This document shows, in pieces, positions 42,733-55,114 of a stretch of 64,000 nt of DNA. Position numbers and translations under genes: made by a program. Every line of letters starts with the position of its first letter. The stretch's first letter is position 1. The stretch comes from Eledone cirrhosa (lineage: Eukaryota): positions 41,230,001-41,294,000 of the forward strand of contig OZ024745.1 of assembly GCA_964016885.1 (NCBI GenBank). Reading direction: 5' to 3'. Under the pieces are notes generated by a model that worked only from the letters and a program-made list of their open reading frames with translations, did not search any database and was not told the DNA's origin.

Positions 42733-43599
42733 GGAAGAAAACGCACATGGTGGATATATATCGTTATGGAATCGCTCCCGTAAGTTTTTGATTTTTACTT
42801 ATTTAAAACAACTGAGATAGAATAATTCTTATTACAAATGACGTATAAGATTACATTTATACGCTCAGCAAGCCATAGCGCATCACTTTAAGGCATAGGT
42901 CCCAATATTTAATATTTAAGTTTGGATCAGAAATGTTATAGTCGAAAAAGAGGAAAATGGCAAAATGGCTAAATAGCTAAATGGCTAAGTGGACAGACAG
43001 GCAAATAATTTCACCACCAACACCACCACCGCCACCATCACCACTACCACGCCAAAAACTCTAGTCAAGCTACCTCAACTTCTATTTCTACTTCAACACC
43101 ATTACTACAGTACTACGATCACATCACCACCACCACTGCCTCATTATCGCTACCGCCGCTATTATCTTCCACTACCTCCTGCTAGGTACTACTATCACAT
43201 CACCACCACCACCACCACCACTGCCTCATTATAACTACCGCCGCTATTCTCTCCCACTAGCTCCTGCTAAGACATGCATCGTAGTGTCCCCACTAAAAGA
43301 GGAAGGCATCAAAAGATATAAATAGATAGATTTGATGACCCGGTCAAAAAATCAAAAAACCAAAAATCAAAATCAAAATCAAAACAGCACGGCAACAACG
43401 AAAAACGTAAAGAACAGAAAAATGAAAAGAAAAACAAACAGACAGACAGAGAAGGGGAGAAAAAAAAACAAGAAAAACTAAGTATGACATTCAAACATTA
43501 CATTACAATGAAACTTATGCTTATTCTTTTGGGTTTTTTTTTTACCTATTTGTTTGTTTGTTTATTTATGTTCGTCTACAGCGTGATACTGCCACACTA

Positions 43600-46500
43600 A
43601 AATCACCGGGGGTGATGAAATCACCGGTGGTTATGTAAATATACATTCACCAATCCTCGATAAGAGTGTTTAAATGTCGAACCTATACAGTTCGAATAAC
43701 GGTGAAGTGGAGACTGGAATGTCATGTGACAGACTCTCACCCAGCAGATGCTCCCTGGCTCAGCAGCATGGACCTGGCTGTCAAACAAATACTGCTGGTG
43801 TCGGAGGAAGAAGAAGAAGGAAAGGGATCAGAACCAACTGGACGAAAGAATTGAATAGAACTGTTATGCAATGTTACCTGAAGAGTAACCCCAAGGAGAA
43901 AGGCTATAGGAAACGGATGCATAACATCTGGAACGAGATTGGTCTACTTAAATTAGATGAACAAAAATTGGCCGGGCAGGCTCGGGTAATAAGAACTAAT
44001 GGGTGGATAAGCGAGCTGGAACTGGAGGAACTGAGCAGAGAGATTAGGTTGGAAATGGAGGGTGGAGTATGCCAGGTAAAAGAGCCAGTGGGAAATGAAG
44101 GTGAAGAGGTTGAGAGAACGGAGGAACCATCCGAAGCAAACAATGATCTGAATGCTGAAATAAATAATACCTGGAACAGAGATACGGCCATTGAGGAGAT
44201 GAATGCTGACGGGCTAACCCAAAATCTGGTTGATATCCTAAACTTAGTGGTAGATGAATTGAACAATGATAGTGGGAAACTTATGAACCTAAGATTTGTA
44301 GACAGGAAAAAGTTAAAAGAAACAACAGCTAAGTTAAACAAAGTCATCCCATACCTTGAGGCAAGGAGCCTTCACCAGTGCAACAATATCCTCAAAGCAA
44401 CAGCAAATGCGGTGAGGAAATTACTTGGCATAAAAGCGAGAGGAAACAACAAACATGAAAAATCAGAACCTTGGTGGAAGAAACGACTGAATGGTCAAAT
44501 CAAGGAAATGAGAAATGACATTAGAAAGCTTGAGTCCCTACTGAATGGGACACTAAAAAACATAGAGACTAAAAATAGACTGGAACTAAAGTACACAACT
44601 AGGAAGAAAAAGCTAAATATTATCATAGAGGAACTGAAGCAACGCATTGTAGCAAAGAGTGCAAAAATTAGGCGATACGAGAGCAGAGTCAGTCAGTATA
44701 GACAGAACCGCATGTTTGACAACAACCAGAAGATGCTGTTTGGATAGCTTGAAGGGAAAGAAAGAGGCAACGACTTGATCCCTGAGGCGGAACAAACTAA
44801 GACATTCTGGAGAGGAATATGGGAGCAGGATGTTAAACATAATGACCAGGCAGTGTGGATTGAGACAGTACAAAAGGAGATTAGTGAACAGGCACACCAA
44901 CAAACTAATTTGAGTATCACAGTTGAAACTCTTAAGGGGCAGGCCAAAAAACTAACCAACTGGAAATCACCAGGCCCAGATGGTGTGCAGGGGTATTGGA
45001 TTAAAAATATAACATCCCTCCACCCGAAATTGACAACCATGTTCAATGACTGCTTGGTGTCAGGTGAGGTACCAGAGTGGTTGACAAAAGGTACCACAGT
45101 TCTGGTAATGAAAGACCGAATCAAGAGTCATGATGTTACCAACTATAGACCTATCACGTGTCTGTCCGTAATGTGGAAACTGTTGACAAGCATTATGTCT
45201 GAGGAAATCTACCATCACCTCCACACAAACAACTTGTTACCGGACGAACAGAAAGGATGCCGAAAAGAGTCCCATGGTACAAAGGACCAGTTACTTATTG
45301 ATAAGATGGTAATGAGGAATTGCAAGAGGAGACACACTGGTCGTGCCATGGGATGGATAGACTACAAAAAGGCATTTGACATGGTGCCTCATTCTTGGAT
45401 CACCAAAAGCCTAGAGATCTTCAAAGTGGCAGATAACATCAGACAGTTGTTGGGCAAAAGTATGAAGTCCTGGAAAACAGAATTAACATCAGCTGGAGAA
45501 TCCTTGGGAGGCGTGAAGATCAAGAGAGGTATCTTCCAGGGAGATAGTCTGTCCCCTCTGTTGTTTGTCCTTGCCCTGATGCCCCTGACCATTATACTGC
45601 GAAAAGTGAGAGCAGGATACAAGTTGGGAAAGGGAGAGCTTACCATCAATCACCTCCTCTTCATGGACGATCTTAAGCTCTTCGGGAAGAGTGAGAAGGA
45701 GTTGGATGTGCTTGTTGTAACTGTCCGTATTTTCAGCAATGATATATGTATGCAATTTGGTATAGTAAGTGTGGAGTCCTTGTGATGAAGAGGGGTAAAT
45801 TGAGCAGAAGCAACGGAATCCAGGTACCAACAGGTGAGATGATAAAGGAAATTGACACTGAAGAAGGATACAAGTATTTGGGTGTTCTGGAGGCTGATGA
45901 CATCAAGAACAAAAAAAATGAAGGAATTGATAAGATCTGAATACATTCGGAGATTAAGGAGCGTATTAAAGTCACATCTGAACAGTAGGAATGCCATAAG
46001 TGCAGTAAATTCCCGAGCTCTGTCTATTATTAGGTACAGTGCGGGAATACTGAGATGGAATGTTGCTGAACAAAAAGAAATGGATAGGAAGACTAGGAAG
46101 CTATTGACTATCTACAACATGTTCCACAAGAGGAGTGATGTCGATAGACTCTACTTAAGGAGATCTGAAGGTGGAAGAGGTCTTATCAGCATAGAGGACT
46201 GTGTTCAGATGGAGAAAAACAACCTACACAAATACGTGACTGATAGTAAGGAGCCAATGCTCCGAATTGTACTGAGGAGAGGACAATAGACCAGGGGATG
46301 TCCAAGGAGGAAATAACAGCAAGGAGAAAGAGCAGCCTTAATGGAAAATCCCTTCATAGTACCTTCTTTGAGAAAACTGAATTCAGAGATACACAGACTT
46401 GGAACTGGTTGAAAAGAGGAGACCTTAAAAAGGCTACAGAAGGAATGCTAATGGCTGCGCAAGAGCAGGCCCTCAAAACGAAGTGGTTGAAATACCATAT

Positions 46501-47164
46501 TTACAAGGAGGAGGCCCACTGTGCAGGATCTGTGGAGAGAGAGAGGAGACTGTGGCTCACATTGTATACGAGTGTAAACACCTAACCCAGACTCACTATA
46601 AGGGCTGGAGACATGATGTGATGGGCAGGGTGATCCACTGGTACCTATGCAAAGTAAACAATTTACCACATTCTGAGAAGTGGTATGAGCATAAGCCAGA
46701 GTCGGTGATAGAAAACGATCAGGTGAAGGTGCTGTGGGATTTTAGGATACAGACGGACAAGAAACTGGAACACAATAGACCTGACCTGGTGGTTTTGGAT
46801 AAGGAAAAAAGATCGTGCCTGTTTGTGGATGTGGCCTGCCCATTCGACACGAGAGTGCAAGAGAAGGAGTGGGAGAAAATTAACCGATACCAGGACTTAA
46901 AGTGGGAGGTAAAAAGGATCTGGAACTGCCCAAAGTCAAAGTGGTCCCGATTGTCATAGGTGCACTAGGTACTATCTTAAAAAGTGTCCAGGGATGGTTA
47001 AAGAAAATTGGCCCCGCCACGCTTTTTGGAACGCTTCAAAAGGCATGCTTGCTGCAAACAGCAAGAACCCTCCGATACGTCCTGAATATCTGAGACTGCA
47101 GGTAGTGGCATGATATTCATTTCAACAAACTTTCCAGTTAACTAAAATCAATGACTGCGACTCA
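43600..47164 (+). mobile_element. R4/Dong-clade non-LTR retrotransposon (RT, CCHC, restriction-like endonuclease), few disruptions
   Basis: RTNWTKELNRTVMQCY N-terminus, WKSPGPDG, NYRPITCL, EQKGC, WIDYKKAFD, GIFQGDSLSPLLF, FMDD, GGRGL, CRICGEREETVAHIVYEC, RPDLVV..VDVACP; 3' (TAA)n tail. The 5' limit is approximate. Confidence 0.92.
43674..47093 (+). pseudogene. R4/Dong polyprotein, interrupted by stops and frameshifts
   Basis: Six consecutive ORFs (43674, 44775, 45852, 46298, 46483, 46902) plus 45746 assemble into one reading. Confidence 0.9.
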
Positions 47165-48003
47165 AATAATAATAATAATGATAATGGTTCTTATATACGC
47201 ACAAGAACAGCAATTTTGGGGGAGGGGAAATTCAATTTATCTTATCGAACCCGTAAGGATGAATGCCAAAGCTAACCACGACGGGATTGGAACTCAGAAT
47301 GAAAAGGACCATAACTCTATGCTGCAAAGCATGGCGTCTGACGCTCTACCAATATTTCCATCGCCAAATAATAATAATAATAATAATTGTTTCTACTTTA
47401 GGCACAAGGCCAGCAATTATCCAGCGCATTACTGGTACTTTATTTTATCGACCCCGTAAGGATGAAAGGCAAAGTCAACCTCGGCGGGATTTGAACTCAG
47501 ATCGTAAAGGGACCTAACTATGCTGGAAAATAATAATAATAATTGTTTCTACAATAGGCACAAGGCCAGCAATTATCCCAGTGTATTACTGGTACCTTAT
47601 TTTATCGACCCCCGTTAGTGTGAAAGGCAAAGTTAACCTCGACGGGATTTGAACTCAGAATGGCAAGGACCGTAACTCTATGCGTCAAATAATAATAATA
47701 ATAATTGTTTCTACTTTAGGCACAAGGCCAGCAATTACCCAGTTCATTACTGGTACTTTATTTTTTCGACCCCGTAAGGATGAAAGGCAAAGTCAACCTC
47801 GGCGGGATTTGAACTCAGATCATAAAGGGACGTAACTATGCTGGAAAGCATGGCGTCCGACCCTCTACCGATACTGCCAATCCACCGTCAAATAATAATA
47901 ATAATAATGGTTTTTGATTGAGGCACAAGGCCAGCAATTATGGGGAATGGGAATGTCGATTAAATCGACTCCAGTCTATTACCGGTGCCTTATTTTATCA
48001 ATT
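47165..48003 (-). mobile_element. Tandem cluster of five SINE copies or fragments separated by (AAT)n
   Basis: Copies at about 47165-47366, 47367-47530, 47530-47686, 47687-47889 (full) and 47890-48003. Confidence 0.9.
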
Positions 48004-50050
48004 CACAGGCGCATCCTCAGAGAAAGCACAATCACTCGGACCCAAGCTTGCTTTAAAAATACTCAGACACTCATGAGTGCTTCCAGGACGGTTTCGTTGC
48101 CCTGCGCCTATCTCTATGTCTGTAGAATGTATATCTTGAACTGACAAAGCTCCTCAGTTGCACTCCCAGGCCAGAGATTTCTGGAAGTTATCAATGGGCC
48201 CTAGACTGAATGTCCTCTGGAATATAGTGACTAGTTGAAACTCCTCGACTTCTATTGTCTCCACAATTACGTCATCCTTTGTGCATCCGCCACTAAACCA
48301 ATATAGAAAGCTAAGATAGAGTTTCCATCGATCCTACTACCCTATTGGGTGACGGCAGAATGTGCTTAGAAACATTCCAGTTTCCAAGCACACCCTTTCG
48401 GTCTTCGCTTGACCCAGGACAGCAGCTCTGTCAAGGAGACGAGGTAAGGTAAACTGCGTCTAGGAAACGGTGACCATACCTGTTCACCGACGGGATAAAG
48501 CTGGAGATGGCGTAGCCTGAGCGCACATTTGCGCATCATCAGCCATGTCATGCCTAGGCTCCACTTAGCGGATATTGACAGCAAATTGACCGCCTGACCC
48601 TTGGCACGCATCCCTTCCACAAAAAGTGAAACAACAAACGCTCAATGCGGTTGGATATGGACCAGAATATTGCATGGTGGTCAGCCTGTAGTAGATGACG
48701 GACGCGATGTACGCGTTCGGCACGTTTGTCCGACCTTTCAGAGATTGCTTCTTCTCGGCCCATTTCTGAGTCAGAGTAACTACGTTGCTCGTTGCCTCGT
48801 CACAGTTTTTGTCTGTTTGGAGGTCTGGAACAACCAAACTCCGAAAAATATAACTGGGCCGTCCGTTCAGCGACCGGTGACGTTGTTGGTCGGCATAGAG
48901 TTGCCTCTCAAGGTATGGAGCTGCAGGCCCACCGACTTTACCTGGTTAACCTTTTCTCGCTTCCTATACCTCGAGAGCAATGTGAATAAACTTAATATGT
49001 TTGCTGCTCGACACAATTACGGCGACATCATCGGCATATGCTGACACAGATGTTTCACATCCTATTTAGCCTTGGTTGCAGAGATGAGAGAGGACAAGTG
49101 TGGCGAACGGAGCGCATGATGTTATTTGAAAAGGATAAGCGCTTGGCCAGAAATTAAAATTCCTGTCATCAAAACGTATAGGTGTGTCCCCCTAAAGCTT
49201 CCATCGTCATAGCTCCAGGTTGAGAAAAATTGCTGCACCTCTCTTCTAAAGGCTAATTGTCGGATTCGACCTACACATGACAGCAGTTGTTTGACAGAAG
49301 CCCTCAAGTCAGCAATGCACAGACATTGAGCGATAGTATGCAGGATGATTTAGTTGTTTTAGACATTGCAGCACATGCTAATATGATTTGCGACGACCAG
49401 AAAGTACCTCTCCCCAGAAGTCAGGTAAAGGACGTTTGGAATTGTCAATAATCCTCGAATGGAAAATCCTCCAGAAGTATTTGTTCAGAGTGTCCTCGAC
49501 AAAGCCTAGGGCCACTTCCAGGCCATCGTCACTCATACCTCTTATTAATCCCCTATAGAAATCAAATGTTGTTTTCTGGCCATGTATCATGTTCTTCAAC
49601 TTTTAGAGCGCTGTGAGTGACTGGCAGTACAAAAGATGCCGGTCTAACCAAACTTTGTCTGCGTTTGATCTAGGACTATAGTTCGATCAAGGAGACGGGT
49701 TGGGGGAAGGCATGTCGCACTAAAGGTGTCCTTGTCCCGATTAAGGCAAGCTCTTGTATTCTGATGTGGTACCGACTAATTGTCCAAAGTCATGATGATG
49801 AACCATGCGTGTACAGATACGGTTCTAGTGCGACTCCATCCAAATGGAATTCCTCTTAACATTTCCAAAATCAACAAATAGAGAAGATGACAGTATTCCA
49901 TGAGAATGGATTCTGATAAGACAGTAGCAAAGGAGTATGGCTTGTTGGGCAAAGCCATCTTATCCTGGCGATTCGTCTCTCTTACAATGGCTCAAATCGA
50001 CCTTCTCGTTTATTATTATTTCGAAATGGATGGCACTGCTCGTCGCCGTC
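48004..50050 (-). pseudogene. Decayed, rearranged Tx1-like ORF2 fragments
   Basis: PDLQTDKN, QSLKGR, AYIASVIYYRLT, WLMMR and SAYADDV match the 37-38.6 kb copy; a second more diverged fragment lies at 49120-49900. Confidence 0.75.
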
Positions 50051-51176
50051 CATATCTTTCAATTCGATAATGTTTGTTTTTTATTCTTTTATTTCTGTTA
50101 GTCCAGATATTTAGAAACCTCTTGAGTGTAAAAAGATATGTAAATGATTTTGTACAACAGCCTGACTTCTCCTTTCAGTGAGGATGCTTATACACGGTCA
50201 CTTGACCAGCTTGGCCGACTAGAAGTAGTCTCTGAATTTAGCTCGAATCACACTCACACAAAAAGTACAACATGGTCACGGCTGGAATGCATGTGCTAAA
50301 AGTTCTACCTAATCAAAAATGAACTGGGCTAAACAGAAATAAGAACGATGCATATATTGCAATAATACAAGGAAATGAAGTGTCGATCGTCTGAAAAAGC
50401 ACTACAAGAATAGCCTGAATGGAGGATTAAATAATATCAGTATCGACATATATTTCCTGGAACAGTCGTATGCTTTCTTTTGTAGATCTATTTATCTACT
50501 CATTGCGATCATTACCATTGTGCTTAGGTCATATGTATGTGTATCAACCATACAGAAATAGTAGCTCCATAAATTAAACGAAAGTACATAAAACACTCTT
50601 GAAATTAAATTTGGTATGAGTTTCCTTTGCTAAAGTTCTTACAGCTGTCCACATTTTTCATTTCAGATATTGTTTATATCAATATATTCAGATATTTTCA
50701 GTCAGTTTCTGTACCTTAGTTATCCTTATTGTAGGTGTAACTGTCAGCACTAACAGTGCTACAATTCTTACATGTGATTGCTTGCGATGTGTTATCAGCT
50801 GCACCTATAATGCTATAGATTTCTTTTCAGCAACAAACAGCCACATAGGATCAGTTAATTAGTCAGCTCACGAGAAATATTATCAAAGTGAAATATATCA
50901 CATTGTACAACTGATTTGTTTCCCTTCACAAGAATTACTCTCCAGCTGATATTTATATGCGAGAGAAAATGTCCCAGTGCCATGAATAGGGTTATCGACA
51001 ACTAGAAACAGCAGTCGAGTCTTTTCAACAGAGCTATCAACCTAACTATGTGTGGTTACACACTTGTAAAAATTATCTCCTGTGATTATTCATGTTTATT
51101 TATATGTTAATTAATTTCTAGTTATTATATATACATATATATGTAAAAACACACACGTACAAGCATATATTTATAT

Positions 51177-51340
51177 TGGCGCAGACATGCATTGCGTGAT
51201 TAAGGAGGTAACCTTCACTATCACGTGGTTTCAGTTTCAGTCCCACTACCTGGCACTTTGGGCATGTCTTTCACTATTTCCTCGGACTGACCAACGATTT
51301 ACTAGAGAAAATTGGTAGGTAGAAATTACAGAAGCCCATT
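51177..51340 (+). mobile_element. Second tRNA-derived SINE family, old copy
   Basis: Degenerate A/B boxes (ggcgcagacatg..gtttcagtccca) followed by ggcactttgggcatgtct, resembling a CORE-type domain. Confidence 0.5.
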
Positions 51341-51457
51341 GTATTATTTTGTTCATCAGCTGTTTTCTAAAAAATACACGGTATGTTGGTTTTTTCATCA
51401 ACACTTATTGTTTTGGACGAGGGAGAGAAAGATCCTCTGATATCTATTTAATAGATA

Positions 51458-51870
51458 TAGAAATTGATTAACATATAAATAAACATGAATAATCACAGGA
51501 GATAATTTTTATAAGTGTGTAACCACACATAGCTAGGTAGGTAACTAAATAAAGTGTGTATTTCTAGTAGATATAGCACGTGTTGCTGGCCAGTCGCTGA
51601 TTTGAACTTGAAGTGTAAACACGGATCGCTGGAACTTCTTCCTTGTTGAAAATCCAAGTATCCACTTCCGTGGTTTACCATCCGATTAATTGGTAAAATA
51701 TATTTCTTTAATGGAATATATACAGGGAAGATTAATCATATTATAAGGTATCTATTTTTGAAGTTCTGGTCAACTTTATTTAGTTACCTACCTAGCTATG
51801 TGTGGTTACACACTTGTAAAAATTATCTCCTGTGATTATTTATGTTTATTTATATGTTAATCAATTTCTA
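51458..51870. repeat. Inverted repeat with about 98-bp arms; third copy at about 51038-51128
   Basis: 51458-51555 is the reverse complement of 51773-51870. Confidence 0.85.
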
Positions 51871-52080
51871 GTTATTATAAAATGCTCGGACCTACTCGTT
51901 AGAATCTTAGAGCTTATTTTGCGGGTGATGTGGTGCATGTCTTTCTGGCATGACACCCATAATGTTGATTTGGATTAAATCCATTTCATTTATCTTAATT
52001 TTGGATCTAGATATATATGTATATATATATATATATAGAAAAAATTTACGAAATGGAAATGCGGGTATATAGAATTTATT

Positions 52081-52197
52081 AGGTAACAATTGTTTCTATA
52101 GTGTATGAGTTACCTATACCTCGCTATTTGAATAATACACAAATATTATCAAAAACCGAAAGTACACTGTAAGCCAACACACCATGTCATCAGACCT
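52081..52197 (-). ncRNA. Hammerhead ribozyme with long stem II (family C, inverted copy)
   Basis: Reverse complement of 53887-54003. Confidence 0.65.
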
Positions 52198-52366
52198 TTG
52201 TATTAGAATGATATGAAAATATTTTATACACTAGATAAAAGATAAATAAGGAGGTAGGAAGAGAAGGGGAAGAGGGAAGTGAGTAAGGTGGAGGGAGTCA
52301 TTAGGAAACATTAGGAAACTTTTCTTAGAACTAGGGCTTAATATTACCTTTGAACACAATCTTAAG

Positions 52367-53476
52367 GTGGTCAACTTCTTGGATGTTAACTTCAACCTTA
52401 ATAACGGTAATATAGAGCCATTTCACAAACTTAATGAAAATCTTAAGTACGTTAATGTAAAATCGAACCATCCTCATTCCATTATTAAATCTATCCCTAA
52501 AAATATATCCATAAGGATCTCCCGACTGTCGTCTAATTTGCAGACCTTCAACGAGCATGCTGAATATTATAATGACGCACTTAGAAAAGCTGGTTACTGC
52601 GAGAAAATTGAATATCTAGACGATAACCACATAAGTACTATGAATAAAACACATCTAAGTCGAACTAGTATTGTACCACACACACACATCAATAGGCATA
52701 CTAACAGGTGCAAACCAGCAAATAGAGTCAGACGTAGAGAGTACATATGGTATAACCCCGTGTACAATTCTTCTCTTAGCACTAAGATTATCTCACAATT
52801 CTATACACTAATCAATAAACACTTTACAACTTCACATAAATACTATAAAATCTTTAACTCGCGCACCATTAGACTATCATACTCCACTGCACCTAACATA
52901 GAACAACTAATTAGAAAACTCAACTCAGCAATACTGAATAAGTACATCCCTAATGACTCAGCGCACCAGCATAGCAACATGCAACGCACTAACACGCAAC
53001 CACAACCCCACCAAACTATCCAGGATTCTACTGCAAAACATAAAAATAGTTGTAACTGCACCAAACCAGGTACGTGCCCACTGAATAACCAGTGCCTAGC
53101 ACGCAATATTGTCTACCGGTGTACAATAAATTCCGGGACCAACAAATGGTATTACGTCGGATGTACCGCAACTTCTTTCAAGGCTCGCCTATACCAACAT
53201 CGATCTTCGATCAGGCACGAGAAAATGCGCTCCGTAACAACCCTCGCCGATAAAGCCTGGCAGCTTCGGAGGAACAATCAAGCGTTCTCCCTTGATTGGC
53301 AAATTATTGCAGCTGCGCCTGCATATCAGCAAAATCATCGATTCTGCAAGTTATGCAATTTAGAGATATACTGCATTTTAACGTCGGTAAACAAACTTTT
53401 GAACAGCAAAATTGAACGTTCTCTATACTGTAACCATCGTTTGAAAACGACTTTTTCTTTTTTAAAATGCATATAA
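52367..53476 (+). CDS. PLE RT C-terminus, Cys linker and GIY-YIG endonuclease (open frame, N-terminally truncated)
   Basis: VNFLDV, SNHP, RISRLSS, IWYNP, CNC..CPL..CL, IVYRC..YYVG, RLYQH, CKLCNLE. Confidence 0.88.
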   Translation: MVNFLDVNFNLNNGNIEPFHKLNENLKYVNVKSNHPHSIIKSIPKNISIRISRLSSNLQTFNEHAEYYNDALRKAGYCEKIEYLDDNHISTMNKTHLSRTSIVPHTHINRHTNRCKPANRVRRREYIWYNPVYNSSLSTKIISQFYTLINKHFTTSHKYYKIFNSRTIRLSYSTAPNIEQLIRKLNSAILNKYIPNDSAHQHSNMQRTNTQPQPHQTIQDSTAKHKNSCNCTKPGTCPLNNQCLARNIVYRCTINSGTNKWYYVGCTATSFKARLYQHRSSIRHEKMRSVTTLADKAWQLRRNNQAFSLDWQIIAAAPAYQQNHRFCKLCNLEIYCILTSVNKLLNSKIERSLYCNHRLKTTFSFLKCI

Positions 53477-53886
53477 TGTTACCTTTTTACACCAACGTTT
53501 GCAAATTTCTGTCTTATATGTTTATACACTAGATATGGCTTTCTATAATAATAGTACTAAACACTGTTTTTCTGGACCCCTTTAGAAATAACCTGCTACT
53601 ATAATAGCCCTAATAACTTGTCTGTGACATTGTACCACTTTGACCCCTCTAACTAAATTTTGTCCGAACAACACCACTAGAAGTATCTACTTCCCAGCCA
53701 AACTTAGCACGCCTCATTAAGCTAACTGCTGCCAAAACATTCTCTCTTCACAATCTCTACTAGTCTGACAGTCTTAAACCCTAAGACTCCCTCCACCTTA
53801 CTCACTTCCCTCTTCCCCTTCTCTTCCTACCTCTTTCTTTATCTTTTATCTCGTGTATAAAATATTTTCATATCATTCTAATACAA

Positions 53887-54003
53887 AGGTCTGATGACAT
53901 GGTGTGTTGGCTTACAGTGTACTTTCGGTTTTTGATAATATTTGTGTATTATTCAAATAGCGAGGTATAGGTAACTCATACACTATAGAAACAATTGTTA
54001 CCT
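53887..54003 (+). ncRNA. Hammerhead ribozyme with long stem II (family C)
   Basis: aggt-CTGATGA-c atggtgtg..(about 72 nt)..tacactat a-GAAA-caattg-TT-acct; palindromic stem III ACAATTGT. Confidence 0.65.
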
Positions 54004-54155
54004 AATAAATTCTATATACCCGCATTTCCATTTCGTAAATTTTTTCTCCATATTTTCTCCAGATTTTAAAACACACTTTATTATACGTTGAGCAATCTCT
54101 GACGTCAGTTGACTCCATCCAATGCAACTACTTAGTAACATTGGAATACAAATTA

Positions 54156-54197
<42 letters not shown>

Positions 54198-54462
54198 GGA
54201 AAAAATGAAACGATATTTCATTTCCCACTCTTAGTACGGCTGTTACTTAAATATAAGTATGTACACGTACATACATATATGTATACCGACGTACAGTAGT
54301 ATGTATATATATATATATACATACATGCACACATATATATATGCACGTATGGATTCACCGATCATTTATTATAATGCTCGGTGTGTTTGTAGACAAACAT
54401 CCCGTATTAAGCCGTAGTGTCTAGCAACCACCGTTGCTCGTTTGTTCAACACTGACAAAGGA

Positions 54463-54505
54463 ACGCTGTACTAGTTTCAAGCTTGTTAGCTATCGTCAGC
54501 AACGT
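54463..54505 (-). ncRNA. Minimal hammerhead ribozyme (family D)
   Basis: Reverse complement of 55072-55114. Confidence 0.85.
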
Positions 54506-54649
54506 ATACCTTCCTGCCAGATTGTTGAACGTATATACTTACCTTATGCATATTAACGGCCGTACTAAGAGTGGGAAATGAAATATCGTTTCATTTTTTC
54601 CGTTTATCGTTTTCGGTGCACCCGGCCGATTAACCCACTCGATATGCAA

Positions 54650-54692
54650 ATTGGGCTGACGATAGCTAACAAGCTTGAAACTAGTACAGCGT
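54650..54692 (+). ncRNA. Hammerhead core (family D) with the 5' arm of stem I deleted
   Basis: CTGACGA-tagctaacaagctt-GAAA-ctag-TA-cagcgt is preceded by attggg instead of acgttg. Confidence 0.7.
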
Positions 54693-55071
54693 TCCTTTGT
54701 CAGTGTTGAACAAACGAGCAACGGTGGTTGCTAGACACTACAGCTTAATACGAGATGTTTGTCTACAAACACACCGAGCATTATAATAAATGTTCGGTGA
54801 ATCCATACGTGCATATATATATGTGTGCATGTATGTATATATATATATACATACTACTGTACGTCGGTATACATATATGTATGTACGTGTACATACTTAT
54901 ATTTAAGTAACAGCCGTACTAAGATTGGGAAATGAAATATCGTTTCATTTTTTCCGTTTATCGTTTTCGGTCCACCCGGCCGATTAACTCACTCGATATG
55001 CAAATTGGGCTACTCAGCCGTTAATATGCATAAGGTAAGTATATACGTTCAACAATCTGGCAGGAAGGTAT

Positions 55072-55114
55072 ACGTTGCTGACGATAGCTAACAAGCTTGA
55101 AACTAGTACAGCGT
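55072..55114 (+). ncRNA. Minimal hammerhead ribozyme (family D)
   Basis: acgttg-CTGACGA-t agct aaca agct t-GAAA-ctag-TA-cagcgt; palindromic stem III ACTAGT; GUA cleavage triplet. Confidence 0.87.

Larger units (their letters stand above)
52037..54047 (+). mobile_element. 5'-truncated Penelope-like element bounded by 263-bp inverted pLTRs
   Basis: 52037-52299 is the near-perfect reverse complement of 53785-54047 and the two enclose a PLE ORF. Confidence 0.92.

Noticed and set aside
43640-43675. HDV-like ribozyme (tcctcg loop) in the Dong 5' UTR
   Set aside because: P1, P2 and P3 pairings could not be completed by eye.
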